A program made the position numbers and the translations under genes. A stretch of 42,121 nucleotides of DNA from an uncultured Methanosarcinales archaeon (GTDB lineage: Archaea > Nanobdellota > Nanobdellia > Woesearchaeales > CAZYIM01). Under the pieces are notes generated by a model. That model was given only the letters and a program-made list of their open reading frames with translations, was not told the DNA's origin and did not search any database. Shown piece after piece: positions 21,082-29,974 of the stretch. How positions within the stretch are numbered: position 1 is the stretch's first letter; each line of letters opens with the position of its first letter. Where the stretch lies: positions 1-42,121 of the forward strand of contig CAZYIM010000024.1 in assembly GCA_964647565.1 (NCBI GenBank), written 5' to 3'.

Positions 21082-22143
21082 ATGAACAGGAAAGCACAGA
21101 TTGAAATACAGTTCAATTGGATTTTTGTATTTATAGTAGGTGCCATCATCCTTGGGTTCTTTATCTTTATTGTCAAGTCTCAACTTAAGGCATCTGATGA
21201 TGAGATGGCTGTCAACAGCATAAAGAAACTGCAGTCTGTTATAGCAAGCTCTGAGAGGGCTTCAGATACCTTTAAGACCATAATCATACCAAGATCGAAT
21301 ATTCAATTCAATTGTGAACCAGGGCAGGACACTCCTGCTTTCACAAATTTCGAGATAGAGAAACCTCGCGTGGTTCAGGATACAGAGTTCAATATATTGT
21401 TCGCACCGCACAAGATATCTGGAAACCAGCTCTATACTTGGACTCTCGACTGGAAAGTGCCGTATAGGATTGGTTATTTTCTGATGATATCAAATAGGAA
21501 GCATAAATATGTGGTTGTGAATAATACTAAGCCAGGATTAGCACGAACTCTTTTTAAGCTATTGCCAAATAATCTGACCAAAGAAATTTGGCATGATCCA
21601 ATTGACATCAAGAATCACAACTATAAATCAACACGGTTTATTTTTTTTGCAGATCCTAATGTAGACAATTATGTATTGGATACTTCTTTTAAAGATCAGG
21701 AAGTCAGTGCAATAAACATCCAATCATCGTCACTGGATGGGTTAGGTGAAATTGAGTTCTTTAAACTTGATGGTCAGAAATTCAAGCGGGATACTGCTTT
21801 GCCATTTCTCGAATTCCCAAGCATTGCAGGAGCTATATTTTCTGCCGACGCAGACGTATACAAATGCAATATGCAGAAAGCCCTGGAACGCTTAAAAGTG
21901 ATGAACCAGATTGTTCTAAGACGGTTGAATAACATCTCATATGTTTTGGACGAGCAAGTTAAGCCCAATACTCATTTCTGTTCTGACACCTATTATTATA
22001 CTTCGATAATCTCTACGAATGAAATTAATAAGAACATAAAATTTGCTAAAGATAACCTTACGGTTATCAATAATCATGCTACGCTTATGAAGCTAGACAA
22101 TGATTTCATAACCAAAGGAGAAAATTGCGCTTTTATTTACTAA
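21082..22143 (+). CDS. Pilin-like protein (class III signal peptide)
   Basis: MNRKAQIEIQFNWIFVFIVGAIILGFFIFI; start at ATG 21082 via TAAAATG coupling. Confidence 0.8.
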   Translation: MNRKAQIEIQFNWIFVFIVGAIILGFFIFIVKSQLKASDDEMAVNSIKKLQSVIASSERASDTFKTIIIPRSNIQFNCEPGQDTPAFTNFEIEKPRVVQDTEFNILFAPHKISGNQLYTWTLDWKVPYRIGYFLMISNRKHKYVVVNNTKPGLARTLFKLLPNNLTKEIWHDPIDIKNHNYKSTRFIFFADPNVDNYVLDTSFKDQEVSAINIQSSSLDGLGEIEFFKLDGQKFKRDTALPFLEFPSIAGAIFSADADVYKCNMQKALERLKVMNQIVLRRLNNISYVLDEQVKPNTHFCSDTYYYTSIISTNEINKNIKFAKDNLTVINNHATLMKLDNDFITKGENCAFIY

Positions 22144-22144
22144 G

Positions 22145-22648
22145 ATGAAAAAGAAATCGCAAATAAGGATGGGAGAATCTGTTGCAGTCATTATCATAGT
22201 GACTATTCTGATTGTGGTGGGTATTGCCATATTTTCTCAAATGGAAAAGCGAAGAATGGAAGGCAAAGAGTTGGAATTCGAGGAATATGATGTGATTGCT
22301 GTTTCACAAAGAGTTTCTGCCCTTCCTGAACTTCAGAAGTCAGACCAGGGCATATCCAAGATGGTGACCTTTGATATCCAACGCATACATGCCCTTACAG
22401 GACTAATTAACTCATCAAAGCCAGGTTCGAGAACGCGAACCTACTATAATACTATATTTGGCACATCTAATATCTATGTGCAAGAGATATACAATGGAGG
22501 CGCATCAAATAAGCTTTATTCAATCTATAATAACACACCTGTAAACTTTACACGTATGACTCCATCGAGGATTTATGTCAGCCTCTATGATCCTCTAAAA
22601 AATAGCTATGCATTAGGCGTATTAACAGTTGAACAATACAATTCGTGA
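22145..22648 (+). CDS. Pilin-like protein (class III signal peptide)
   Basis: MKKKSQIRMGESVAVIIIVTILIVVGIAIF; TAAGATG coupling. Confidence 0.8.
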   Translation: MKKKSQIRMGESVAVIIIVTILIVVGIAIFSQMEKRRMEGKELEFEEYDVIAVSQRVSALPELQKSDQGISKMVTFDIQRIHALTGLINSSKPGSRTRTYYNTIFGTSNIYVQEIYNGGASNKLYSIYNNTPVNFTRMTPSRIYVSLYDPLKNSYALGVLTVEQYNS

Positions 22649-22653
22649 TATTC

Positions 22654-23139
22654 ATGAGAAAAGCACAAACTGAAATATTTGGTCTGGTCATAATAACTGT
22701 GTTCATAGCCATAGCGATATTCATTTTCATATCCCTTAACTTAAAACCAAGACAGATCGAAAGCAGCACTCTTCAGGATTACCAGGCTGTAGAAACCTCA
22801 TCCAACTTTCTCTTGGCGGTCTTAAAAACAACTTCCAACTGTAGACATATGACTCTCGAAGAATTGGTTGAAGCATGTGTGTTGAACATAAATGTTGACT
22901 GTCCTGGAAAACCTTGTAGCGTGCTAAATGAGAGCATGGAGTTGATATTTAATGATTCTTTGAAAAAAGACCACATAAGCTTTAACTTCTCAATAAGCTA
23001 CCAAGATCGAAATTATGTGAACATATCCAATCTTGGATGTGAGTCAGGCAAGCTTGACGTTGCGTCCCCTGGTTTTTATCCGATTCCCTTCTTGAACAGG
23101 GGTAATGCCATAGTCGAGCTGAAGATATGCGAGCAATAG
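22654..23139 (+). CDS. Pilin-like protein (class III signal peptide)
   Basis: MRKAQTEIFGLVIITVFIAIAIFIFI; GTG 22645 is an alternative start. Confidence 0.8.
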   Translation: MRKAQTEIFGLVIITVFIAIAIFIFISLNLKPRQIESSTLQDYQAVETSSNFLLAVLKTTSNCRHMTLEELVEACVLNINVDCPGKPCSVLNESMELIFNDSLKKDHISFNFSISYQDRNYVNISNLGCESGKLDVASPGFYPIPFLNRGNAIVELKICEQ

Positions 23140-23175
23140 AAAGATTTTTAAAACTGTTTTACAAGGGATGAAACT

Positions 23176-23283
23176 ATGGAAACAGAAGATCGAAGCATGG
23201 CTCCAAACACCCTGATCAGATGGATAATATTTATTGCAGGCACACTTCTGTTGATGTTCATAATATATAGGGTCGCATTTTAA
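23176..23283 (+). CDS. 35-aa single-TM small protein (not in ORF track)
   Basis: METEDRSMAPNTLIRWIIFIAGTLLLMFIIYRVAF*. It fills the gap, has a purine-rich GGGATGA upstream, and its stop is coupled to the next ATG (TAAGATG). Confidence 0.55.
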   Translation: METEDRSMAPNTLIRWIIFIAGTLLLMFIIYRVAF

Positions 23284-23284
23284 G

Positions 23285-24085
23285 ATGAAAAAAGCACAGC
23301 TTTCTGTAACAGCCAAATGGATAATAGCTGCAATGGTTATCATAATGGGCATCCTATTCTATACAACCGTCTTTGGTAAGACAGTTGACATGATGAATAG
23401 GGAAGCGTGCAGATTGAATGTGCAGGCGCAGGCATTGACCAAAGGGGTGAGCACTAATCCTGTTAATTTACTATCTGGTAAATCTAATGTTGCATTAAAA
23501 TCCTGTAAAACCTTTAACATCCATTTCAAGGAAAAAGAAGTCATAGTTACAGAAAGCGGCAAAAAGAAAAAGGTTGAAGTATATGTTGAAGGCACTAAGA
23601 CCAAAAGATTTGACAGGCTTACCAATGATATAGTCAACCAAGTATTGGCTGAGCAGATGAGGCTATGCTGGTATCAATTCCATGAAGGTCAGCTTGATAT
23701 CTTCAATAAACAGTTTCTAAGCAATTTCGGTATTTCAGGAGATCATCAATGTTATTTATGCAACAGAATCAGCTTTGACCAGGATGTTAGGGACAATAGG
23801 TTTGAAGACTTTTATGAATATGTCAACAATACTAACATTACTCTAGTCGAGACTAGCTATCTACAATATATATCACAACCAACAATGTCTGCAAAAAGTT
23901 GGATAGAAACCGCTGCTGAAATTGGAATAGATAAAAATAATATGGACATCACATTTACAAAGGACCAGCAATACTTTATTATGTTCTATAGATTCAATAA
24001 AGGATCTGCTGAAAAAAACAAATTCTTTACATATGTCATTCCTGCAGAGAAATATTATAGTATATGTAAGAGTATTGTAAGATGA
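23285..24085 (+). CDS. Pilin-like protein (class III signal peptide), paralog of the next gene
   Basis: MKKAQLSVTAKWIIAAMVIIMGILFY; shares the LAEQMRLCW / C..I.F / YFIMFY pattern with 24082..25059. Confidence 0.8.
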   Translation: MKKAQLSVTAKWIIAAMVIIMGILFYTTVFGKTVDMMNREACRLNVQAQALTKGVSTNPVNLLSGKSNVALKSCKTFNIHFKEKEVIVTESGKKKKVEVYVEGTKTKRFDRLTNDIVNQVLAEQMRLCWYQFHEGQLDIFNKQFLSNFGISGDHQCYLCNRISFDQDVRDNRFEDFYEYVNNTNITLVETSYLQYISQPTMSAKSWIETAAEIGIDKNNMDITFTKDQQYFIMFYRFNKGSAEKNKFFTYVIPAEKYYSICKSIVR

Positions 24086-25059
24086 AAAAAGGCTCTATTA
24101 AATATGTGTTGTGGTTTGTGGTAGCTGCATTTGCACTGTTGTTGGCTATCTTGTTTCTGAGGAGAGTCTTTGAAAGCACCAACCAGGTCATTGATGACTC
24201 TGAATGCGCCAATGAGATCAAGACTCATGTCACAATGATGCATCTTACTGATGACAGGCAGGCAAGAGATATCTATTGCCCGACCAAATATTTGACTTTA
24301 GATGGTAGGCCAGATGAGCTGAAGAGGCAGATTGCAGAGCTGATGAGAAAGGAATGGACCATGTGGTACCAGGGCAAGGAAAACCTGTTTGGGAAGGATG
24401 CTGAGAATGTCTTCTGCCATATATATGCTGTGATTGATTTCAAGAAAAAGAACTTTATGATCCAGGATTTCCAGGAATACATAGTTGAGACCAAGATGCC
24501 ACCTCCAAATGAGGATACATTTTATGCAGATTATTTCTCTGGACATGAGACCCCTGAAGCAGGAAATTTGTTTAATAAAGCCAAAGCAGGTTTACATATT
24601 CAACAGATTGATACCAACGGCAATTCCCAGAATATTACAATAAATTATCAGGGTCAGGAGATCGATACCAGCAAGAGATACGCTATTATGTTCTACTATA
24701 ACAAGGATCATGATAAGATCGAAGAGTTCATGAAAGACACAGGCACAGTGGTTGCAGGAGGTGCTGCAGGTGCCACTGTTGGCGGAACTGTCTTTGGTGT
24801 TATCGGAGGCACTGTTGGAGCCATACTTTGCGCCCCAACTCTTGCTGGCGCAGCAGCATGTGCCGCAGGAGGTGCTAAAATTGGAGCTGCTATGGGTGCT
24901 GTAGTTGGCGGCTTTGTTGCAGTCAAGATAGCACAAAAAGACGATCCCGAGTGGCTCTCTTTCATTCTGCTTAGAGAATATGAATCTGATGACTTGGCAA
25001 AGATGGGTTGTGAGATAGCACCGGCCATCCAGAAGAAACGAGATAAGGATGTTGGATGA
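24082..25059 (+). CDS. Pilin-like protein with glycine-zipper hydrophobic hairpin
   Basis: MKKGSIKYVLWFVVAAFALLLAILF; long GxxxG run at about 24742-24925 (GTVVAGGAAGATVGG..GAAMGAVVGGFVAV). Confidence 0.75.
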   Translation: MKKGSIKYVLWFVVAAFALLLAILFLRRVFESTNQVIDDSECANEIKTHVTMMHLTDDRQARDIYCPTKYLTLDGRPDELKRQIAELMRKEWTMWYQGKENLFGKDAENVFCHIYAVIDFKKKNFMIQDFQEYIVETKMPPPNEDTFYADYFSGHETPEAGNLFNKAKAGLHIQQIDTNGNSQNITINYQGQEIDTSKRYAIMFYYNKDHDKIEEFMKDTGTVVAGGAAGATVGGTVFGVIGGTVGAILCAPTLAGAAACAAGGAKIGAAMGAVVGGFVAVKIAQKDDPEWLSFILLREYESDDLAKMGCEIAPAIQKKRDKDVG

Positions 25060-25095
25060 AAAGACATAAATAGGTGTTAAACAATTACAATTAAG

Positions 25096-25227
25096 ATGAA
25101 CAAGAAAGGTGTTTTTGAGAACATACCTAACTTTGTAATAGTTATCATATTACTTTTGATCATACTCGGATTGGGCTTGTTGATGTGGAAAGTGGTTCCT
25201 GGCCTGTTGCAGAATGTTTTTCCGTAA
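25096..25227 (+). CDS. 43-aa minimal pilin (not in ORF track)
   Basis: MNKKGVFENIPNFVIVIILLLIILGLGLLMWKVVPGLLQNVFP*: a KKG motif plus one hydrophobic helix only. Confidence 0.7.
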   Translation: MNKKGVFENIPNFVIVIILLLIILGLGLLMWKVVPGLLQNVFP

Positions 25228-25231
25228 TAAG

Positions 25232-26044
25232 ATGATAAAAAAAAGAGGTACTAATTATTTGGGTATTATTCTGGTTGTGATAGTGATACTTATAGTGGCA
25301 GCTATTGCATTGAGAGTTCCTAAGCTAGGCGCATCAACTATTTATAACATTACTCTTCCTGCATGCAAGCGACCAGACGGCACAGCCTGCCAGATCTCAG
25401 ATGTGGTTGATACAGAATACTGTCCCTACAACGATGCTCTTGAAGGACTAGATAGAGATTGTATGGGTAGATTGAAAAATAAATCTATTTATTCTAAACA
25501 TATTATTTATGGAGATTATATAGTTGGAGATGTTCTACACCGTCGACAAGAATATAAAACTTATCTTGGGTTTTGTGAATACCATCCTCAAAATAAGGCT
25601 TGTGCCTTTATTCCATTAAAAGAATGTGTTGACGGAAGAATTGAGGAACCTTGTCTGTGCGGCGATATCAAAGATGCTCTGGGGAACAGGGTTGGTATGA
25701 AAACAGGGATTTGTGATGAGGGTAATTTTTTTAGTCCTGCTGGCAGAAATATAGGCTTGTTGCCTTGTTTCATGGTCCAGGATTGCAATGATATCTGTGA
25801 TGAAGTTAAAGAGATTCATAAAGATAACAATGGTAATATTATCACAGATAATACATTATGGAAGCCCGAAAATTTTGTTGAATACCAAAAAGTTGGCCAA
25901 AGAACTGTGCAAGTGAATGGAGAAACAAAGAACATATGTACCCGAACCCAAATACCTTTCTGCAAATACAGTTACTGTTTCTCAAACCAGAATCAATGTA
26001 AATTAGATGAAACTCACAATATATGTGTTGAGAATATCCCTTGA
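25232..26044 (+). CDS. Cys-rich pilin-like protein
   Basis: MIKKRGTNYLGIILVVIVILIVAAIAL (ATG 25232 after TAAG); IEEPCLCGD module. Confidence 0.75.
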   Translation: MIKKRGTNYLGIILVVIVILIVAAIALRVPKLGASTIYNITLPACKRPDGTACQISDVVDTEYCPYNDALEGLDRDCMGRLKNKSIYSKHIIYGDYIVGDVLHRRQEYKTYLGFCEYHPQNKACAFIPLKECVDGRIEEPCLCGDIKDALGNRVGMKTGICDEGNFFSPAGRNIGLLPCFMVQDCNDICDEVKEIHKDNNGNIITDNTLWKPENFVEYQKVGQRTVQVNGETKNICTRTQIPFCKYSYCFSNQNQCKLDETHNICVENIP

Positions 26045-26057
26045 AGCTATCACAATA

Positions 26058-26088
26058 TTTATATATGCTCGATTGAATAATGGGAGGT
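26058..26088 (+). promoter_or_regulatory. TATA box and RBS of small pilin 1
   Basis: TTTATATA at 26058-26065; GGAGGT at 26083-26088 before ATG 26092. Confidence 0.55.
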
Positions 26089-26091
26089 AAG

Positions 26092-26355
26092 ATGAGAATC
26101 ATAAAAAACAAGCAAGGAGTCAGTCTTTCTATCAATACAATAATCATTACAGTCTTAGCTATTTTAGTGTTGGTCATTGTAGCGTTCTTAGTGGCCAGAC
26201 AGTTAGGGTTGATTGGACCTGCAACGAGCTGTATAACTGAAGGCGGCGTCTGTAGATCAGATTGCCCTTATGAGAATACTATAAGTGGCAGCAATCTTTG
26301 TAAAAACCCATCAATGACTTGCTGCAGTCCGAATCCTATCAATGAACCTAACTGA
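26092..26355 (+). CDS. Small pilin 1 with six-Cys head
   Basis: KQG-VSLSINTIIITVLAILVLVIVAFLV; C-x6-C-x3-C-x11-C-x6-CC. Confidence 0.82.
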   Translation: MRIIKNKQGVSLSINTIIITVLAILVLVIVAFLVARQLGLIGPATSCITEGGVCRSDCPYENTISGSNLCKNPSMTCCSPNPINEPN

Positions 26356-26379
26356 AAGGATAGAACCTAGTACATAGTC

Positions 26380-26481
26380 ATTTCAGAAAACTTACAAAAT
26401 TCTTGCAGAATTTTGAAGTTGCTGAAATTAATAATTTCCGCGAACTTACAAAATTGAAAATCAATTTTAAAGTTTAGGAAA
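26380..26481. repeat. Two tandem copies of a ~47-bp bulged inverted repeat
   Basis: ATTTCAG..AACTT-A-CAAAATTCT/AGAATTTTG-AAGTT..CTGAAAT (26380-26428) and TTTCC..AACTT-A-CAAAATTGA/TCAATTTT..AAGTT..GGAAA (26435-26481). Confidence 0.75.
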
Positions 26482-26492
26482 GCTTTGCTTTC

Positions 26493-26554
26493 CGTAAACT
26501 TTATATACTCAATAGTCCAAAAATCTAGTATAATTATTAAAAATTCAGAGGTGA
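26493..26554 (+). promoter_or_regulatory. BRE/TATA promoter and RBS of small pilin 2
   Basis: CGTAAAC-TTTATATA (26493-26507); GAGGTGA at 26548-26554 before ATG 26560. Confidence 0.6.
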
Positions 26555-26559
26555 ATGTT

Positions 26560-26811
26560 ATGAAAAAGGCTCAGGGCATCAGCGTCAATGTTATCATTAT
26601 AGCTGCAATTGCAATTCTAGTTCTTGTTATCCTTGCAGTACTCTTGCTTAGAAGCGCCAGAGAACAAGGCACAGCAACAGCATGTGAGGGTCTCGGAGGC
26701 ACTTGCACCAGCAGTTGCGAGAACTTGCCAGGATTATATGGTCCTTCTCCTGCAAGGTGTAGTATACAAGGTGAGGTTTGCTGTATACCTATTCTAGATG
26801 AAACTAACTAA
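26560..26811 (+). CDS. Small pilin 2 with six-Cys head (candidate major pilin)
   Basis: MKKAQGISVNVIIIAAIAILVLVILAVLL; C-x6-C-x3-C-x13-C-x6-CC; own promoter and strong RBS. Confidence 0.85.
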   Translation: MKKAQGISVNVIIIAAIAILVLVILAVLLLRSAREQGTATACEGLGGTCTSSCENLPGLYGPSPARCSIQGEVCCIPILDETN

Positions 26812-26812
26812 G

Positions 26813-27085
26813 ATGACAACTAAAATATTCGGTTCAAAAAGAGGTGCAGAACTATCCATTAACACCATAATTATAGTTGTTCTTGCTATTCTTGTCTTGG
26901 TGATAGTTGCAGTTCTGGTTGCCAGGTATGTCAGGAGAGTTCCAGAAGCAGGAGCCTGTATATCCAAGGGGGGAGTCTGTAGTCCTGATTGTCCATCTGA
27001 AAGGAGAATAACAGGCTCTAATCTTTGTCCAAATCCGAGTGATGATTGTTGCAGCCCTATTTCTGTTAGGGATCCAGATCGATAA
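26813..27085 (+). CDS. Small pilin 3 with six-Cys head, close paralog of pilin 1
   Basis: KRG-AELSINTIIIVVLAILVLVIVAVLV; CISKGGVCSPDCP..GSNLCPNP..CCSP; TAAGATG coupling. Confidence 0.82.
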   Translation: MTTKIFGSKRGAELSINTIIIVVLAILVLVIVAVLVARYVRRVPEAGACISKGGVCSPDCPSERRITGSNLCPNPSDDCCSPISVRDPDR

Positions 27086-27086
27086 A

Positions 27087-28985
27087 ATGTCCTTTTCAAA
27101 AAGAGGTATGGAGTTTGGACTTAGTACTGTCGTTACTATACTTGTACTTCTTTTTTGTGCACTTCTGGTTACCAACCTAATTGGCAATACAACCCGAGTT
27201 GGTGTGAGAACAGGATTAGATTGTACTCTGGTCAATGGAAGATGTACAGAATCACCTAATTGCAGACCTGATGAGACTCATGCAGAAGGCTGGCAATGCT
27301 CAAAGAAAACCCAGATTTGCTGCAGGCCAAGGATTGGAGCAGGGACAGGTACTGAAAGCCCTGGCGGCGAAGCAGCACCAGGAGAAGCTGGCACAATAGG
27401 AGATAATAATCTGTTGTTATTGTGGTTCTTGGGTGCAGAACCTAAATTTGATGAAGCCAAGCCTGTTGTCACAAACGAGCCACTTGTAATGGAGGTTGGA
27501 AAGACAATCTCTTTTAAGGCGAGTGCAGATGGACCTGAGATCGAGACGACAGGAGACCATGTCAAAGTTGTTAGAAAATGTCTTGGCTATTATTATATGA
27601 AAGGACTTGAACATTATGATAAGTATGTTGAGTTTTCAGTTAAAGGTAAAACAACATACTTTCAGAACTTTCCTTGTAAACAAGATCTGAAGGAGACTCC
27701 TTTTCAACTGAAATTTACTCCTAACTTCTTCCATAAGTACGTGGATGAGCATGGTGGAGAACTAAGGGTTGTCCTTTCTGCATTCAACAATAAAAAATGC
27801 ATAGAATGTAGCAGAGACTTTGATAAACCTGAGACTGTCAGCAAGTTCTTTCTAAAGGACAACTGGGCTGCATACATTGAGATGCCGCTTGTGTTGAACC
27901 TTCCGGAAGGCACCAAGACTCCTACAATCGAGATTGAGAGGGTGGCTGATGACAAGTGCATAGCCTATTGCTATCTGCCTGCAGGCCAGTCTGGTACTAA
28001 CAAGATTGAATACTGTAAGAGCCTGATATTAAACCAGCCTCCCGAAGGAAGAGATTGTGCGCAATGGATACATACTAAAGATTATAAAGAACCAACAGGT
28101 AGCAATTCTCTCTGGTCTGGAACTGCATTATCCGCCGTGGGTCTTGATCTTGTAAAAAGAAAGACTACTGGCGTACTATCTCCTAATCCAACTAGGCAAA
28201 CCTATTGTTTATATGGTGATATGTCTTCAAGTTTTAATACAGACTCTTTAACAAATCAAGGTGATTATGACGGCATAAACTTTGTCGAGGTCCAAGAGGT
28301 GTGCAAAGAAATTGCTTATGCAGAATCGGATAGTAAATGTGAAGGCTATTCAAAATGTACAGATATGCCAAAAGGCTTATGTGCGGGGCCTTGTGGAGAA
28401 GAACTTAACTGTGTATGGGCATCATCATACAAAGATGAAGAGCAATGTGTAAGCTGTACAGATTCAATATGCTATAATTTCAAAAGCTGGGATTCTTGTG
28501 AGGTTGAGACTAGGGATATTGATGCTGGATGTACTATGCAGTGTAAATGGGTGCGGCCTGACTTAAATATTGTGAACGGCGAGTGCCAACTTTGCAGTGC
28601 ATTCCTACGTGATAATTCAGGTAGCGGATCAGACTGCGAAGCTTACAAGGACAAAACAGATTGTCATGAAAACATTTGCAAGTCTAAATTCGAAGGTCAG
28701 CAGGATGAATGTTACTTTAATGAGAAACAAAACAAATGCCTTGGTTGTTATGATATTGAGCGCGCAATTATTGCAAATCAGTGGTTAGGTACTGACGATT
28801 GTGAGATATACAACTATCTTGAGATCGATATAGCTGGCAAAGAAGAGCTTTGCAATGACGAGACATACGGTAATCCCTGCAATTATTATATTGATGCAGA
28901 TCCTAAAGGCTGCGTCTGGGTAGATGACACAATCGGATGTCAGGCAGCACATATCAGGCAGCAGAATAATTTGAACCTTGATTGA
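27087..28985 (+). CDS. Large Cys-rich pilin-like protein (six-Cys head plus C-terminal Cys repeats)
   Basis: MSFSKRGMEFGLSTVVTILVLLFCALLV (ATG 27087, TAAAATG); C-x6-C-x5-C-x11-C-x6-CC; four C-terminal repeats ending in CxW/CxF. Confidence 0.78.
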   Translation: MSFSKRGMEFGLSTVVTILVLLFCALLVTNLIGNTTRVGVRTGLDCTLVNGRCTESPNCRPDETHAEGWQCSKKTQICCRPRIGAGTGTESPGGEAAPGEAGTIGDNNLLLLWFLGAEPKFDEAKPVVTNEPLVMEVGKTISFKASADGPEIETTGDHVKVVRKCLGYYYMKGLEHYDKYVEFSVKGKTTYFQNFPCKQDLKETPFQLKFTPNFFHKYVDEHGGELRVVLSAFNNKKCIECSRDFDKPETVSKFFLKDNWAAYIEMPLVLNLPEGTKTPTIEIERVADDKCIAYCYLPAGQSGTNKIEYCKSLILNQPPEGRDCAQWIHTKDYKEPTGSNSLWSGTALSAVGLDLVKRKTTGVLSPNPTRQTYCLYGDMSSSFNTDSLTNQGDYDGINFVEVQEVCKEIAYAESDSKCEGYSKCTDMPKGLCAGPCGEELNCVWASSYKDEEQCVSCTDSICYNFKSWDSCEVETRDIDAGCTMQCKWVRPDLNIVNGECQLCSAFLRDNSGSGSDCEAYKDKTDCHENICKSKFEGQQDECYFNEKQNKCLGCYDIERAIIANQWLGTDDCEIYNYLEIDIAGKEELCNDETYGNPCNYYIDADPKGCVWVDDTIGCQAAHIRQQNNLNLD

Positions 28986-29002
28986 AGTTCTCATATTCCA
29001 AA

Positions 29003-29974
29003 ATGTATTTAGATAAGAAAGCCGCAATAAACTATTTTGTTGCCATAATCTTGGCAGTAGTTTTTTTACTAATAGCCTCTACTGCTTTTTCTAATATTGT
29101 CCGTACCACAACAGATACTGCTGGATCTGTAACCGAGTGTACAGGTTTTATGGGTGAAAAAGGCGAATGTCGAATGAAATGCCAGGAAGGTGAAACTGGC
29201 TTTGAAGCTGAAGATGTGTTTGGTTGTGGTAAAAAGCTTGAGGATGAAGAGAGAAAGGCCTTTGATGCCAAGTATGAGAAGAAATTAAAGGAAAATCCTG
29301 AGGAACTTGCAGGTATAAGCAGGAATCCAGAAGAAAATATCTTTTGTTGTCTTAGTATGGAGGAAACAAAGACCAAGACCTGGGTTGCTGAATTTGAAGA
29401 GGTTATCCTCCGAGTTTATGGTGCAAGCGTGCCAAGTTGTCAGGGTCCTGTCGCAGTGTGGCTAAGGACAGACAAATACCCGCCCAGTAACTACCCTGCG
29501 GGGTGTCCTAAAGTAAACAGTAAGATATGTGATGTGACTTGCAGCAGCAACTGCAGAACTAACGGACCGTGTCCTGCAGACAGTGCCTCTTTTGTCCAAT
29601 GGGTGCTGGAGAGATATCACTTCCAGAACAACAACTTCCCCAATGTTCCACATCTAGATTTGCCTACTGCCCAAGAACAGGCAACCAAGTTCAAAGCTGT
29701 TGAGAATATCATCCCAGTTGTAGATCCCACTGCCAAGCCAAGCGATTTTAAGAATATCAAACCAGAATATGAAGGTGCGAACGCGATTAAAAAAGGAGAT
29801 CTTGTTTTCTTTGCTGACGACACAGGAAAGATCGCTGATGTGGGTATCTATACGGCTAATAAAGAATTGGTGAAAGCAGGAGCAGTATCCATAAAATATG
29901 TGACTCTTGATGAAGAGCACTATGTTGGACACTACAGGTTCTGCATAAAAGATGAAATATGTGACGTGAAATGA
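29003..29974 (+). CDS. Pilin-like protein with degenerate NlpC/P60 domain
   Basis: KKA-AINYFVAIILAVVFLLIA; DSASFVQWV (cf. DCSGFV), TAQEQ, KGDLVFF, ADVGIY (cf. HVGIY), LVKA (cf. IHA). TTG 28982 is an alternative start. Confidence 0.75.
   Translation: MYLDKKAAINYFVAIILAVVFLLIASTAFSNIVRTTTDTAGSVTECTGFMGEKGECRMKCQEGETGFEAEDVFGCGKKLEDEERKAFDAKYEKKLKENPEELAGISRNPEENIFCCLSMEETKTKTWVAEFEEVILRVYGASVPSCQGPVAVWLRTDKYPPSNYPAGCPKVNSKICDVTCSSNCRTNGPCPADSASFVQWVLERYHFQNNNFPNVPHLDLPTAQEQATKFKAVENIIPVVDPTAKPSDFKNIKPEYEGANAIKKGDLVFFADDTGKIADVGIYTANKELVKAGAVSIKYVTLDEEHYVGHYRFCIKDEICDVK

Noticed and set aside
26380..26481. CRISPR array or integron attC cassette array
   Set aside because: There are only two adjacent imperfect copies with no spacers of regular length and no cas or intI genes. 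The AAC...GTT arms recall attC, but the element is shorter and lacks the R/L box layout.
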